DNA of 64,000 nt from Actinomycetota bacterium (GTDB lineage: Bacteria; Actinomycetota; UBA4738; JACQTL01): positions 18,109 through 82,108 of the forward strand of contig JBHELK010000119.1 in NCBI GenBank assembly GCA_046263085.1, written 5' to 3'. How positions within the stretch are numbered: position 1 is the first letter of the stretch; the number at the start of each line of letters is the position of its first letter. Positions 27,098-36,521 of this stretch are shown piece by piece. The position numbers were made by a program, and so were the translations under genes. Below the pieces are notes generated by a model. The model was given only the letters and a program-made list of their open reading frames with translations, was not told the origin of the DNA and did no database searches.

Positions 27098-28175
27098 CCC
27101 CCAGCTTCTCGATCACGGCGTCGGCCACTTCGGAGGTCCCGACCGCGGTCGGATCGTCGCGGGTCGGCTTCATGTCGTATGTCACGGACCGCCCCTCCTC
27201 GATCACCGCCGCGAGCGCGGCTTCCAGCCGGTCGGCGGCGTCGTCCTCCTCGAGGTGCCGAAGCATCAACACGCCGCTGAACATCATGGCCATTGGATTG
27301 ACCTTGTTCATGCCCTTGTACTTCGGCGCGCTGCCGTGCGTCGCCTCGAACACCGCGACGTCGTCGCCGATGTTCGCCCCCGGCGCCACGCCGAGCCCGC
27401 CGATGAGACCCGCGCACAGGTCGCTGATGATGTCGCCGTACAGGTTCGGCAGTACCAGCACGTCGTACTCCTCGGGTCGCGACACGAGCTGCATCGAGCA
27501 GTTGTCGACAATCCGGTCCTCGAACTCGATCTCGGGGTGTTCCTTCGCGACCTCCCCGGCGACCTCGAGGAACAAGCCGTCCGTGAACTTCATGATGTTC
27601 GCCTTGTGCACGGCGGTCACCTTCTTCCGCCCGTATCGCTTCGCGTAGTCGAAGGCGTACGAGACGATGCGCCGTGTCCCGGTGACGCTGATCGGCTTGA
27701 TCGAGATCCCGGAATCCTCGCGGATCCGCTTGCCGGCCTGATCGGCGATGAACTCGATGAGCTTCAGCGCCTCGCCCGTCCCCTGCTCGAACTCGATGCC
27801 GGCGTACAGGTCCTCGTGGTTCTCGCGCACGATCACCACGTCGACGTTCTCGTAGCGGGTGCGCACGCCCTTGTACCACTTGCACGGCCGCAGGCAGGCG
27901 TAGAGGTCGAGCTCCTTGCGAAGGGCCACGTTCACGCTGCGGAATCCGGTGCCGACCGGCGTGGTGATCGGCCCCTTGATGGCGATGCCGTTCGCACGGA
28001 TCGACTCCAGGACATGCTCCGGCAGCGGGGTGCCGTACTTGTCCATGACGTCGGCCCCCGCCTCCTGGAAGTCCCAGTCGAACTGCACCCCGGTCCCTTC
28101 CAGGACCCGCCGGGTGGCCTCCGAGAGCTCGGGACCGACGCCGTCGCCGGGGATGAACGTCACGCGATATGCCAT
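27090..28175 (-). CDS. Isocitrate/isopropylmalate dehydrogenase family protein (NAD-dependent isocitrate dehydrogenase-like)
   Basis: [27 protein letters not shown] and [16 protein letters not shown] family motifs. The start was trimmed to MAYRV at 28175, which has a GAGGAGAT RBS. Confidence 0.85.
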   Translation of the reverse strand: MAYRVTFIPGDGVGPELSEATRRVLEGTGVQFDWDFQEAGADVMDKYGTPLPEHVLESIRANGIAIKGPITTPVGTGFRSVNVALRKELDLYACLRPCKWYKGVRTRYENVDVVIVRENHEDLYAGIEFEQGTGEALKLIEFIADQAGKRIREDSGISIKPISVTGTRRIVSYAFDYAKRYGRKKVTAVHKANIMKFTDGLFLEVAGEVAKEHPEIEFEDRIVDNCSMQLVSRPEEYDVLVLPNLYGDIISDLCAGLIGGLGVAPGANIGDDVAVFEATHGSAPKYKGMNKVNPMAMMFSGVLMLRHLEEDDAADRLEAALAAVIEEGRSVTYDMKPTRDDPTAVGTSEVADAVIEKLGGA

Positions 28176-28233
28176 CGATCGAATCTCCTCGTGAAGGGGT
28201 CCGGCCATTGTGGCCCGTGGGCCGGGTGGATGC

Positions 28234-29730
28234 TCAGCCCGTGACGCACTGAGCCTCGTACCCGGGCGGAACGGGGTTCCGGGCACAGGGGTTCGGGGGG
28301 TCGAAGAGCAGCGCGTCCCCGAGGTTCGAGTTCCCCTCCAGGAACCCGATCTTCGAGACGTCGGCGGCCCCTTCACCCGTGTAGCGCAGGATGTACAGCC
28401 CGTTGCGCACGTCGACCACGTAGATCAGCCCGTCCTTGATCACCGGGTAGGACCACATGACGACCTTGTCCTGCCCGGCCGACAGCGCAGGGTCCTCCTG
28501 CAGGACGGCGGGCAGCGGGTCGGGCGAGTACACCCCGGTCTGGATCGGATGCGTGGGGTCCTTCAGCGAGATGGCCTGGAGCCCGCCGGAATGCCAGGTG
28601 ATGAAAGCGAGGTCCGGCGTGAGTGTTGGGTTGTGCGACGCCCAGCTCGACGACACGCGTGGGGGGTCGGTGGTGCAGAAGTTCGGATCGTTCTGGGGCA
28701 GCTTGTACTCCGCCACCACCTTCGGCTTGGTCGGGTCGGAGATGTCGATCATCCGCACCCATCCCCACGGACAGCCGTGGCCGCCACCGTTCACGGCCTG
28801 AAGCAGCACCCCGTACACCTCGTCGGTGACGAGCGCGTACGGCTGGCCGTAGAGCTTGATCGCGCTGTGGGCGCCGGGTCCCGGCCAGCTCACGCGGTTC
28901 GCCGCCGGCGTGACCAGCCGCGTGCGCGGGCTGGCGACGTCGTTGATGTACTCCGAGGTGTCGGTGACGAAGAAACCGCCGGTGAGATGGGCCATGTACC
29001 CGCGGAACCCGTCGTTGGACAGGGAAAGGGAGTGGAGGTTGCCGGAGGGGACCATCCTCGACTGCGAGCCCAGCTCACGGAAGGTGCCCTGACGGGCTCC
29101 CGAGATGTCGGTGACGAGCAGACGCCCGGTCGCCGGGGAGGAGATGAACATCAGCGCGCGGTCGGGGATGAACGGGTCCGCCCACAGGTAGAACTCGTGC
29201 GGGCTCGCCGACGGCATGTACGTCGACACGAGCTTGGGAGCCGCGGCGTTGGCCCCGGAGATGTCGTAGAAGCGGAAGTTGTCGTTGACGATCCGCGGCG
29301 AGCACTCGTGGATGATGTCGCTGCAGTTGGACCCCAGGTTCTCGACGATCAGCAGGTTCTGCTGGGGCCAGATGCGGAGCTCTCGCGACGTCTCTCCCTC
29401 ATTGGCCTCGTTCGGAGGCCCGATCTCGTTGACCACGTGCGGTGACGCCGGGTCGGAGACGTCCACGACCATGACGCCAGCGTGATTCAGGTTGAGGGTC
29501 GTCCCCCACGGCTTCGCGTCGGTCCGGCTGCCCACGTAGGCGTAGTTGCCCTTCACGGCGAGCGCCGCGTTCATGCCGCGGTTCATGAGCGGCACGTGGC
29601 CCACGAGCTGGAAGTTTTGGGCAAGCTCGAGCGGGCCGAGGTGGACGGGCGACGTCGGGGCTGGAACCGCAGGGAGAGCTAGGGCGAGCACCGTGACCAG
29701 GGCCGGCAGGAACAGCCGTCGAAGCGCCAT
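28234..29730 (-). CDS. Secreted beta-propeller protein with LVIVD-type repeats
   Basis: Signal peptide [25 protein letters not shown]. Repeated hhVVDVSDPxxP / hLVTDISG / [10 protein letters not shown] blades match the LVIVD repeat (PF08309). The upstream ORF extension was trimmed. Confidence 0.75.
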   Translation of the reverse strand: MALRRLFLPALVTVLALALPAVPAPTSPVHLGPLELAQNFQLVGHVPLMNRGMNAALAVKGNYAYVGSRTDAKPWGTTLNLNHAGVMVVDVSDPASPHVVNEIGPPNEANEGETSRELRIWPQQNLLIVENLGSNCSDIIHECSPRIVNDNFRFYDISGANAAAPKLVSTYMPSASPHEFYLWADPFIPDRALMFISSPATGRLLVTDISGARQGTFRELGSQSRMVPSGNLHSLSLSNDGFRGYMAHLTGGFFVTDTSEYINDVASPRTRLVTPAANRVSWPGPGAHSAIKLYGQPYALVTDEVYGVLLQAVNGGGHGCPWGWVRMIDISDPTKPKVVAEYKLPQNDPNFCTTDPPRVSSSWASHNPTLTPDLAFITWHSGGLQAISLKDPTHPIQTGVYSPDPLPAVLQEDPALSAGQDKVVMWSYPVIKDGLIYVVDVRNGLYILRYTGEGAADVSKIGFLEGNSNLGDALLFDPPNPCARNPVPPGYEAQCVTG

Positions 29731-29786
29731 GCCTCTCTGGTTCGCTGCCGGCTTCCCCTTTCCTTCCGGCGCTCGCGACCGTCTGT

Positions 29787-29800
29787 TGTGCAGGTGCACA
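29787..29800. promoter_or_regulatory. Palindromic putative operator, site 1: TGTGCAGGTGCACA
   Basis: Perfect inverted repeat in the divergent intergenic region, 57 nt upstream of the minus-strand gene start at 29730 and 109 nt upstream of the plus-strand gene start at 29909. Confidence 0.6.
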
Positions 29801-29829
29801 GTTCTGCGCCACACGAACACTCGCTGACT

Positions 29830-29843
29830 TGTGCATGTGCACA
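29830..29843. promoter_or_regulatory. Palindromic putative operator, site 2: TGTGCATGTGCACA
   Basis: Second perfect copy lies 43 bp from site 1 in the same divergent promoter region. Confidence 0.6.
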
Positions 29844-29908
29844 GAGGAATGCGCACTTCGCTCCGCGTAGTCCATCTCGAGACATCCATCCGCCATACAG
29901 GAGAGACC

Positions 29909-31597
29909 ATGCGCGCACGTCTGTTCGCCACCCTCGCCGTATCCGTCCTGGCCGCCCTGCTCGCCATCCCGTCAGGGACCGTGTCCGCCAGCAGCTCCGG
30001 GAACGCCGTCGTGTCCTCCACCGGGGACATCCGGTTCGTGGCCAACATCCCCTATCCGGTGGGAACCGACGAGGAGTTCGCCACGTTCAACGTGACGAAG
30101 CTCTCGAACGGCGCCACCGGCGACCCGGTCTGCCAGACGAACCCGGACGGCTCGTGCGCGACCGACGCGGCCGGGAAGATCGTCTACCAGACCGAGGACC
30201 GCGACTTCGCTTTCGTGGGAAGCGAGAGCGTGAACGGGTTCGTCATCGACATCACCGACCCGGAGAACCCCGTCTCTGTGGCGTCCCTGCCCTGCAGGGC
30301 AAGCCAGAACGACATCCAGATCTGGCACAACATCCTGCTGCAGTCCCAGGACGGCACGGGCGGGACGTGCCACAAGCCGTCCGGCGGGACGCAGACCCAG
30401 GTCACGATCGGCTTCTCCGACATCTCCGACCCCCGCAACCCCAGGTTCCTGGGCAAGCTCACCGAGGCGCGCGGCGCCCACAACGCCACGGTGCACCCCA
30501 CCCAGCCCATCGTCTACATCTCAAACTCCGATCTTCCGTCGACGTCCGACGTGATCCACATCTGGGACTTCAGCAACCCGGCCGCGCCGGTCAAGGTCAA
30601 GGACTGGAACCCCACCTCGGGCTCGGTGTTCTCCCCCCACGACATCACGTTCAACGCCTCCGGGACGAGGGCATACGTCGCCTCCGTCGATCACACCGAG
30701 ATCCTCGATAGCACGGACCCGAAGAACCCCACCTTGATCTCCACGATCTACAACGAGGGAGTGTCGATCTCCCACCAGTCCGACCCCACCCCCGACGGCA
30801 AGTTCCTGCTGGTCTCCGACGAGCTGGGAGGCGGCGGCGCACCCACGGTCTCCCCCGGTGGGAGCGTCCACGTCTACGACATCCGCAACGAGCTGCGCCC
30901 GGTGAAGGTGGGACTCATCAACGAGGACCTCACCGGGGCCGGCCACGTGTCCACCGCGCACGTCTTCCGGATCAACCCGGACGGCCGGACCATGGCCATC
31001 GCCTGGTACCAGGACGGAGTGCACGTGTTCGACTTCTCCGACATCCACGGGCCCAACCTGTACGGCTCCGGGAACGCGACCGGCGTGGGGGCGCGGACCA
31101 TCGCCTCGATCCTGATGCAGAACGCCAACACATGGTCCGCCAAGATGTGGCAGGACCGCCACCCCGGCTACGTGTTCGCCAATGACATCAACCGCGGCTT
31201 CGACGTCTTCTACGTGCCGGAGCTCGGCCCCGGCTTCCTCTCCACCGGGACGATCCACGCGCCCATCGCGGACGGCCAGGCGCCCAGCCTCACCGAGATC
31301 GAGTTCCAGACCCGCTGCGAGTACTCCCCCGTCTCCCAGGGTCTCGACGGCTACGTGTTCGACCTTCGCGGAACCGGTGACGGCAACCACACCAACTCGG
31401 TGAAGGGCACGTCGGCGGCAGCGCACAACCTGGACCTGACCTTCTACGACGCCGCGTGCAAGCTGCTCACCGGCAAGAACCTGACCGCCGGGAACGACCC
31501 GTCGGGGACCATCCCGGCAGGAGCGAAGTACGCGGTGGCCGACCTGGTGGGTGGGGCCCAGACACGCTTCGTGGCCACCACCGCGGTGGCCGCCTAG
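29909..31597 (+). CDS. Secreted beta-propeller protein (LVIVD-like repeats)
   Basis: Start at MRARLFATLAVSVLAALLAIPSG (signal peptide) with a CAGGAGAGACC RBS. Blades such as FVIDITDPENP, IHIWDFSNPAAP and VHVYDIRNELRP are recognisable. Confidence 0.7.
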   Translation: MRARLFATLAVSVLAALLAIPSGTVSASSSGNAVVSSTGDIRFVANIPYPVGTDEEFATFNVTKLSNGATGDPVCQTNPDGSCATDAAGKIVYQTEDRDFAFVGSESVNGFVIDITDPENPVSVASLPCRASQNDIQIWHNILLQSQDGTGGTCHKPSGGTQTQVTIGFSDISDPRNPRFLGKLTEARGAHNATVHPTQPIVYISNSDLPSTSDVIHIWDFSNPAAPVKVKDWNPTSGSVFSPHDITFNASGTRAYVASVDHTEILDSTDPKNPTLISTIYNEGVSISHQSDPTPDGKFLLVSDELGGGGAPTVSPGGSVHVYDIRNELRPVKVGLINEDLTGAGHVSTAHVFRINPDGRTMAIAWYQDGVHVFDFSDIHGPNLYGSGNATGVGARTIASILMQNANTWSAKMWQDRHPGYVFANDINRGFDVFYVPELGPGFLSTGTIHAPIADGQAPSLTEIEFQTRCEYSPVSQGLDGYVFDLRGTGDGNHTNSVKGTSAAAHNLDLTFYDAACKLLTGKNLTAGNDPSGTIPAGAKYAVADLVGGAQTRFVATTAVAA

Positions 31598-32839
31598 ATG
31601 CGCCGCCGCGTCGCTGCGATCGCCTTCGCCGTCGCCGCTGTCGTGAGCGGCCCCGTCGCGGGCACGACGATCCCGGCCGAAGCGGGAGCCGGACAGTACT
31701 TCGATCTCTCGGCGCTCCCCGGTCCGGACTTCACGGGGGCACAGATCTGGCAGGGCCACCAGGACTTCATCAACGCGCACCCCTACCGTGTGACCGGCAC
31801 GGCGATGGAGGTCGTGACCGGCATGGATCTCCGTGACGACATGAGGGCCCTGGGCTACGACACACACATCCATTCGCTGCCGGCCGACCCGGGCGTCGAC
31901 GCAGGGCCGGGCGTCGCGCTGAAGGCCATCATCGCCACGAAGCGCGGCGTCACGAAGCCCGACGAATGGATCGTGTTCACCGGCCACTACGACAGCGTGC
32001 CGCAGACGATCTACGGCGCGTACGACAACGGCTCCGGCACGAACCTGCTGCGCTACCTGGCCCGGGAGTTCGCGAACGTCCAGACCAACCGCTCCCTCGT
32101 CTTCGTGTGGTTCAACGGCGAGGAGGAGGGCGTGCTGGCGTCGTCCCGGTACGCCAAGGAGCTGAGCGACGCCGGTCAGAAGATCGTGGCCGACCTCGGT
32201 TTCGACATGGAAGGCATCGCCTACCCGGTGGCCAACCCCGGATCCACGAACTGCCTCTGCATGTGGTACGGCGGCAACGACAAGACGGCGTTCGACCCCC
32301 TGCTGCGCTACGTGAACTTCTCGTTCCTCGGTCTCCCGAATTCCAAGAGGCTCGTATCGGTGGAGGGGATCAACAACCGCAACTCCGATGAGTCCTCGTT
32401 TGCCTCGAATGGCTTTCCCACGATGCGATGGGCGGGCATGCGAACGGCCGCGGCCTACCCCGCGTACCACATGTACAACGACACCCTCGACGAGATCGTG
32501 ACCGTGGCGGGCGGTGCGAGCTACGTCGAGCAGGGCATCGAGAACACGATGAAGAGCGCCTATTACACGGCGCTCGCCCTGGACAATCACCTCCCGGTGC
32601 CGGCGGCAACGGCGACCACGAACGGCCTCAGCATCCAGCTCGACGCCACGGGCAGCTCGGACGAGGACGGCACGCTCTCCACGTTCAGCTGGGACTTCGG
32701 CGACGGCACCGCGGGTACGGGCTCCGCCGTGCAACACACGTACGCGGCGGCCGGGACCTACACCGTGACGCTCAGCGTGGCAGACAACCTGTGGCCCACC
32801 GTGACGCAGGGCCTGACCCTGCAGGTGACGGTGGCCTGA
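31598..32839 (+). CDS. Secreted M28 family zinc aminopeptidase with C-terminal PKD domain
   Basis: FTGHYDSV, DNGSGT and NGEEEG are M28 zinc-ligand motifs. A C-terminal PKD-like segment (FSWDFGDGTAGTGSAVQHTYAAAGTYTVTLSV) follows. The ATG immediately follows the upstream TAG stop. Confidence 0.8.
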   Translation: MRRRVAAIAFAVAAVVSGPVAGTTIPAEAGAGQYFDLSALPGPDFTGAQIWQGHQDFINAHPYRVTGTAMEVVTGMDLRDDMRALGYDTHIHSLPADPGVDAGPGVALKAIIATKRGVTKPDEWIVFTGHYDSVPQTIYGAYDNGSGTNLLRYLAREFANVQTNRSLVFVWFNGEEEGVLASSRYAKELSDAGQKIVADLGFDMEGIAYPVANPGSTNCLCMWYGGNDKTAFDPLLRYVNFSFLGLPNSKRLVSVEGINNRNSDESSFASNGFPTMRWAGMRTAAAYPAYHMYNDTLDEIVTVAGGASYVEQGIENTMKSAYYTALALDNHLPVPAATATTNGLSIQLDATGSSDEDGTLSTFSWDFGDGTAGTGSAVQHTYAAAGTYTVTLSVADNLWPTVTQGLTLQVTVA

Positions 32840-32894
32840 CCGGTCCGGCGATCGGTCCAGACCGCCCTCTGATCACGAGGGAGGGAGCCAGGCG

Positions 32895-33818
32895 ATGAGC
32901 GGTCCGGGGTCTGCGGCTGGGACTGACACGATGCGGGCGGTCAGGGTGCATCCCCCCGGCGGCCTTGACGGGGTGCGGCTCGAACGGATCGAGATCCCCC
33001 GGCCCGGAGAGGGCCAGGCGCTCGTGCGTGTGCATGCCGCGGCGATCACCCGCGACGAGCTGGGGTGGCCCGTCGACCGCCTGCCCGCGATCCCATCGTA
33101 CGAGCTCTCCGGGGTGGTCGTGGACGTAGTCGGCGGCGAAGATCTCGTGACCGTCGGGGACGACGTGTACGGGCTCGTTCCCTTCAACCGTGACGGCGCC
33201 GCGGCCGAGTACGCCGTCGTTCCGGCGAACGCGCTGGCGCCGAAGCCTAAGGGGCTCGACCACGTGGAAGCCTCCGCCCTGCCCCTGGCCGCCCTCAGCG
33301 CCTGGCAGGGACTGGTCGTGCACGGTGGGCTCCAGGACGGTCATCGTGTGCTCATCCACGGCGCGGGCGGCGGCGTCGGTCACCTGGCGGTGCAGCTCGC
33401 CCGCCACCGCGGCTCGCACGTGACCGGAACGGCGTCACCCGCCACGGCGGGCCTGGCGCACGAGGTCGGCACACACGAGGTCGTCGATCGCACGAAGGAC
33501 GGGTGGGAGGAGTCCATACAGCCGGTGGACCTCGTCTTCGACACGGTGGGCGGCGAGGTGCTGGCTCGGTCGGCGGGCTTCCTCCGCGACGGCGGCCGGG
33601 TGGTGTCGGTTGCCGAGCCCGGGGGCACGGACGTCGTGTACTTCGTGGTCGAACCGGATCGAGATCAGCTCATGGAGTTCGCCCGCCTCGCCGACCGGGG
33701 GGACCTCCGCCCGGCCATCGACTCCGTGTTTCCGCTCGTCGAGGCTCGCGAGGCCTTCGCGCGGAGCATGGCGCCCGCGAAGCATGGCAAGGTGGTCATG
33801 CGTGTCGTGGACGCGTAG
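32895..33818 (+). CDS. Zinc-independent quinone oxidoreductase / MDR superfamily NAD(P)H-dependent reductase
   Basis: GAGGGVGHLAVQLA cofactor motif in an MDR fold. There is no signal peptide. GAGGGAGGGAG RBS. It lies downstream of the M28 gene in the same orientation. Confidence 0.8.
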   Translation: MSGPGSAAGTDTMRAVRVHPPGGLDGVRLERIEIPRPGEGQALVRVHAAAITRDELGWPVDRLPAIPSYELSGVVVDVVGGEDLVTVGDDVYGLVPFNRDGAAAEYAVVPANALAPKPKGLDHVEASALPLAALSAWQGLVVHGGLQDGHRVLIHGAGGGVGHLAVQLARHRGSHVTGTASPATAGLAHEVGTHEVVDRTKDGWEESIQPVDLVFDTVGGEVLARSAGFLRDGGRVVSVAEPGGTDVVYFVVEPDRDQLMEFARLADRGDLRPAIDSVFPLVEAREAFARSMAPAKHGKVVMRVVDA

Positions 33819-33827
33819 CCAGGAACA

Positions 33828-33843
33828 GAAGGCCTCGGCCTTC
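33828..33843. terminator. Hairpin GAAGGCC-TC-GGCCTTC between convergent genes
   Basis: 7-bp perfect stem read from the sequence. It sits between the oxidoreductase stop (33818) and the minus-strand gene stop (33881). Confidence 0.4.
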
Positions 33844-33880
33844 CGCGAGCCGCGGGCCGCGGGCCGCGGGCCGCGGGCGG
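33843..33880. repeat. Heptanucleotide tandem repeat (CCGCGGG)x4-5
   Basis: CCGCGAG CCGCGGG CCGCGGG CCGCGGG CCGCGGG read directly. It is intergenic, immediately 3' of the minus-strand propeller gene. Confidence 0.7.
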
Positions 33881-35017
33881 TTAACCGCTCGAGGGGATCG
33901 GACCGGTGTACTGGAAGATGTCGAAGCTCCGCTGGTAGTCCGTGGCGTACATGATCCGGTCGGTGATCCAGTAGACCCCTGAGGTCATCCCGCCCGCCGG
34001 CACGTACCAGCCCAGCTCCTCGATCTGGCCGTCGGCCTTCACGTTCAGGATCCGCACACCGTGCTCGTAATACGCCATGGCCACGAGACCGCCATCGCGA
34101 TACGCGGGGTGCGTGTCGAACCAGTGGGCGCACCACTGGGCGACAGGCGGGAACTCACCGTCGGTCGGCGAGCCGCTGCTCAGGCCCCACTCCGCGATCT
34201 TCGTGAACTCGCCCTGTTTGATCATGCGGCCGTTCTCGTCGTACGTCGGCCAACCGTTCGTGGCGTCGAAGGTCCAGAACTTCGCGGCGGGCTTGTTGCA
34301 GTCGCTCGGCACGGTGTTGCCGACCTCACCCCCCACGAGCAGGAACTTGTCGGTCCCCTGGTGCGGCCACAGGTTGCCGTGCGTGAACTTGTTCTGCCGA
34401 GGCCCCTGACCGATCAGCACCGGGTGCTCCGGATCGTCTCGGGCGTCGAGCAGCAGGACCGGATCGGTCGACGTCACGATGATTCCCGGCTTGATCTCGG
34501 TGACGTCGTGCGAGTTGGTCACCGGAGTGCCCGTCGTCCACCGGTGCGTCGACGTCACGGGGTGCGCCGGATCGCGCAGGTCCACGATCACACCGTTCGA
34601 CGCGTACGCCCACGTGCAGTCCAGGACACACGTGATGGTGTGGGACGACCTCCCGTGCGTGGAGATGACCTTCGGGTTGGCCTTGTCGGTGACGTCGATG
34701 ACACTGTCGTCGATCAGCAGGATCTTCCCGTTCGTGTCGACGTCCTCCTGGGCGAACTGCGGCGTCTGCTGGAAGGGAAGGACGCCGGTCAGCTTGGGGT
34801 TCAGCGGATCCTTGATGTCGTAGATCATGAGTGCCGTCGACGTCGTGAGGTAGAACCAGTCGCCCAGGCGCCTGGCGCCAGCTGAGTCGCTGTTCAGCGG
34901 GACGGTCGTCACCCACTCGACGTTCTTGCCGAACCCGACGGCGTCGGCCGTGGGCGCGACCGAGAGTCCGGAGATCGCGAAGATCAGGAGGCACGCCAGA
35001 ACGAGCGCTTTTTTCAA
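33881..35017 (-). CDS. Secreted beta-propeller protein (LVIVD-like)
   Basis: TTG start at 35017, preceded by AGGAGGATCTCGG. This yields the signal peptide (M)KKALVLACLLIFAISGLSVAPTADA. Blades include IYDIKDPLNP, VIDVTDKANP, IVDLRDPAHP and LLDARDDPEHP. Confidence 0.7.
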   Translation of the reverse strand: MKKALVLACLLIFAISGLSVAPTADAVGFGKNVEWVTTVPLNSDSAGARRLGDWFYLTTSTALMIYDIKDPLNPKLTGVLPFQQTPQFAQEDVDTNGKILLIDDSVIDVTDKANPKVISTHGRSSHTITCVLDCTWAYASNGVIVDLRDPAHPVTSTHRWTTGTPVTNSHDVTEIKPGIIVTSTDPVLLLDARDDPEHPVLIGQGPRQNKFTHGNLWPHQGTDKFLLVGGEVGNTVPSDCNKPAAKFWTFDATNGWPTYDENGRMIKQGEFTKIAEWGLSSGSPTDGEFPPVAQWCAHWFDTHPAYRDGGLVAMAYYEHGVRILNVKADGQIEELGWYVPAGGMTSGVYWITDRIMYATDYQRSFDIFQYTGPIPSSG

Positions 35018-35028
35018 CCGAGATCCTC

Positions 35029-36435
35029 CTAGGTGTTCCTGCCGGTGGCGGCCCTGCGGCACAGGTACCGCTCAGCGGCGGCAACAGGGTCGTTGACTCC
35101 GAGTTTGGCCAGCCAGGATGCGCGGAACTGCGCCTTCGACGGCACGAGGTTCTTCGACGGGTCGTACTTCAGGATGTCGACGCCGCGCTCGTAGTCGACC
35201 GAGTAGATGTAGTTCTTGTCGATCCAGTACGCAGACGACGTGGAGCCCACGACGGGCTGGAAGAACCCCAGCTGCTTGATCTTCCCGGTCTTGCCGTCGA
35301 CGTCGAAGATGCGTGTGCCGTGCTCGTACCATCCGTTCGCGGTGACGATGTGGTCGTGGGTGCTGTTGTCGGAGCTGATGTCGAACCAGTGTCCGGAGCA
35401 TCCCAGGCCGTTCACCTCGGGGTTGCCGTCCTGGTAGTTGCCCTGGACGGGGCGGAAGACGTCGATCGGCTTGAACGGCTTGGCTCCGGGCTGATCGAAG
35501 TCGCGCAAGGAGTAGGTGGTGAACGGACCGCTCCCCGAGTTGCACGAAGGCGAGAAGTTCGTCTCGCCCTCGCCGAGCAGCAGCTCGCCGGGCCGGAGGT
35601 TCGGATCGGCCTTGTCCTCGTCGGTGATCCGCGGCTTGTACTCGGCCGCGTAGGGCCGGAGGTTGTTGTGCTGGTAGGCCGTCTTCTTGACGCCCATCTG
35701 CGAGGCGTCGCTGTGCGCCACCTCAACCGGTTGAGCCGGATCCGAAACGTTCAGCGCGTAGATCGGCGTCGTGTCGGTCCAGATGAGTCCGGTGGCGTCG
35801 CGGGTCACGTGATGACCGGTGCGGCCGCCGGCGGCGCTCTTCCACTCCCCCACGTACGTCGGGTTGGCCTTGTCGCGGAGGTCGTAGATCTTGCCCTCCG
35901 ACCCGTAGGCCCAGTCGCACGTCGGGCTCGCGTCGACGCACTCGATCGTGTGGTTACCCTGGTGCGCCGTCTCCTTCCCCTCGACCGTCAGGCTCACGAG
36001 CCCGCCGGGCAGGTCCTGCACGTGGATGACGATGAGATAGAGGATCCCCTCGAAGTCGCTCATCAGGACCCAATGGCCGTCGGCGGAGACCGCCACGTCC
36101 TCGTTCTCCCAGTTGTGGGTGTAGAGCGCGCCCATCAGCAGCGGAACGGCCGGGTTCGTCACGTTGTAGACGCTCAGGCCCTTCGCCGAGCTCACGTACA
36201 GGCGCTTCACGGCGCCGACCTGGACCACCCGCGCGCTGACCCCGGGGGATTCGTTGGCCAGCGTCGCCACGTAGCTGATGTTCGGCGACATGAAGCCGCC
36301 CGGGCCCGGGTCGATGTAGGTCAGGGGAGCCGGCTGGGCGCCCGCGGGACTCAGGGGACCGGCCTGCGTGGACGGCCCTGCGACCACGCCGAACAGGACA
36401 AGAGCGGGGATCAGCGCGAGTGCGCGTCGCAGCAC
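35029..36435 (-). CDS. Secreted beta-propeller protein (LVIVD-like)
   Basis: GTG start at 36435, preceded by AAGGAGGA. This yields the signal peptide (M)LRRALALIPALVLFGVVAGPSTQA. Blades include VYNVTNPAVP, IYDLRDKANP and LNVSDPAQP. The gene is 12 nt upstream of the next propeller gene and is operonic with it. Confidence 0.7.
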   Translation of the reverse strand: MLRRALALIPALVLFGVVAGPSTQAGPLSPAGAQPAPLTYIDPGPGGFMSPNISYVATLANESPGVSARVVQVGAVKRLYVSSAKGLSVYNVTNPAVPLLMGALYTHNWENEDVAVSADGHWVLMSDFEGILYLIVIHVQDLPGGLVSLTVEGKETAHQGNHTIECVDASPTCDWAYGSEGKIYDLRDKANPTYVGEWKSAAGGRTGHHVTRDATGLIWTDTTPIYALNVSDPAQPVEVAHSDASQMGVKKTAYQHNNLRPYAAEYKPRITDEDKADPNLRPGELLLGEGETNFSPSCNSGSGPFTTYSLRDFDQPGAKPFKPIDVFRPVQGNYQDGNPEVNGLGCSGHWFDISSDNSTHDHIVTANGWYEHGTRIFDVDGKTGKIKQLGFFQPVVGSTSSAYWIDKNYIYSVDYERGVDILKYDPSKNLVPSKAQFRASWLAKLGVNDPVAAAERYLCRRAATGRNT

Positions 36436-36521
36436 GGGAGTCCTCCTTGTTCGATGTCGATGAAGCTTCTGAGGGGCTGACCTATCGATTCGCAGGTGCG
36501 GGGCCGAATCCTCCCTGCCAT

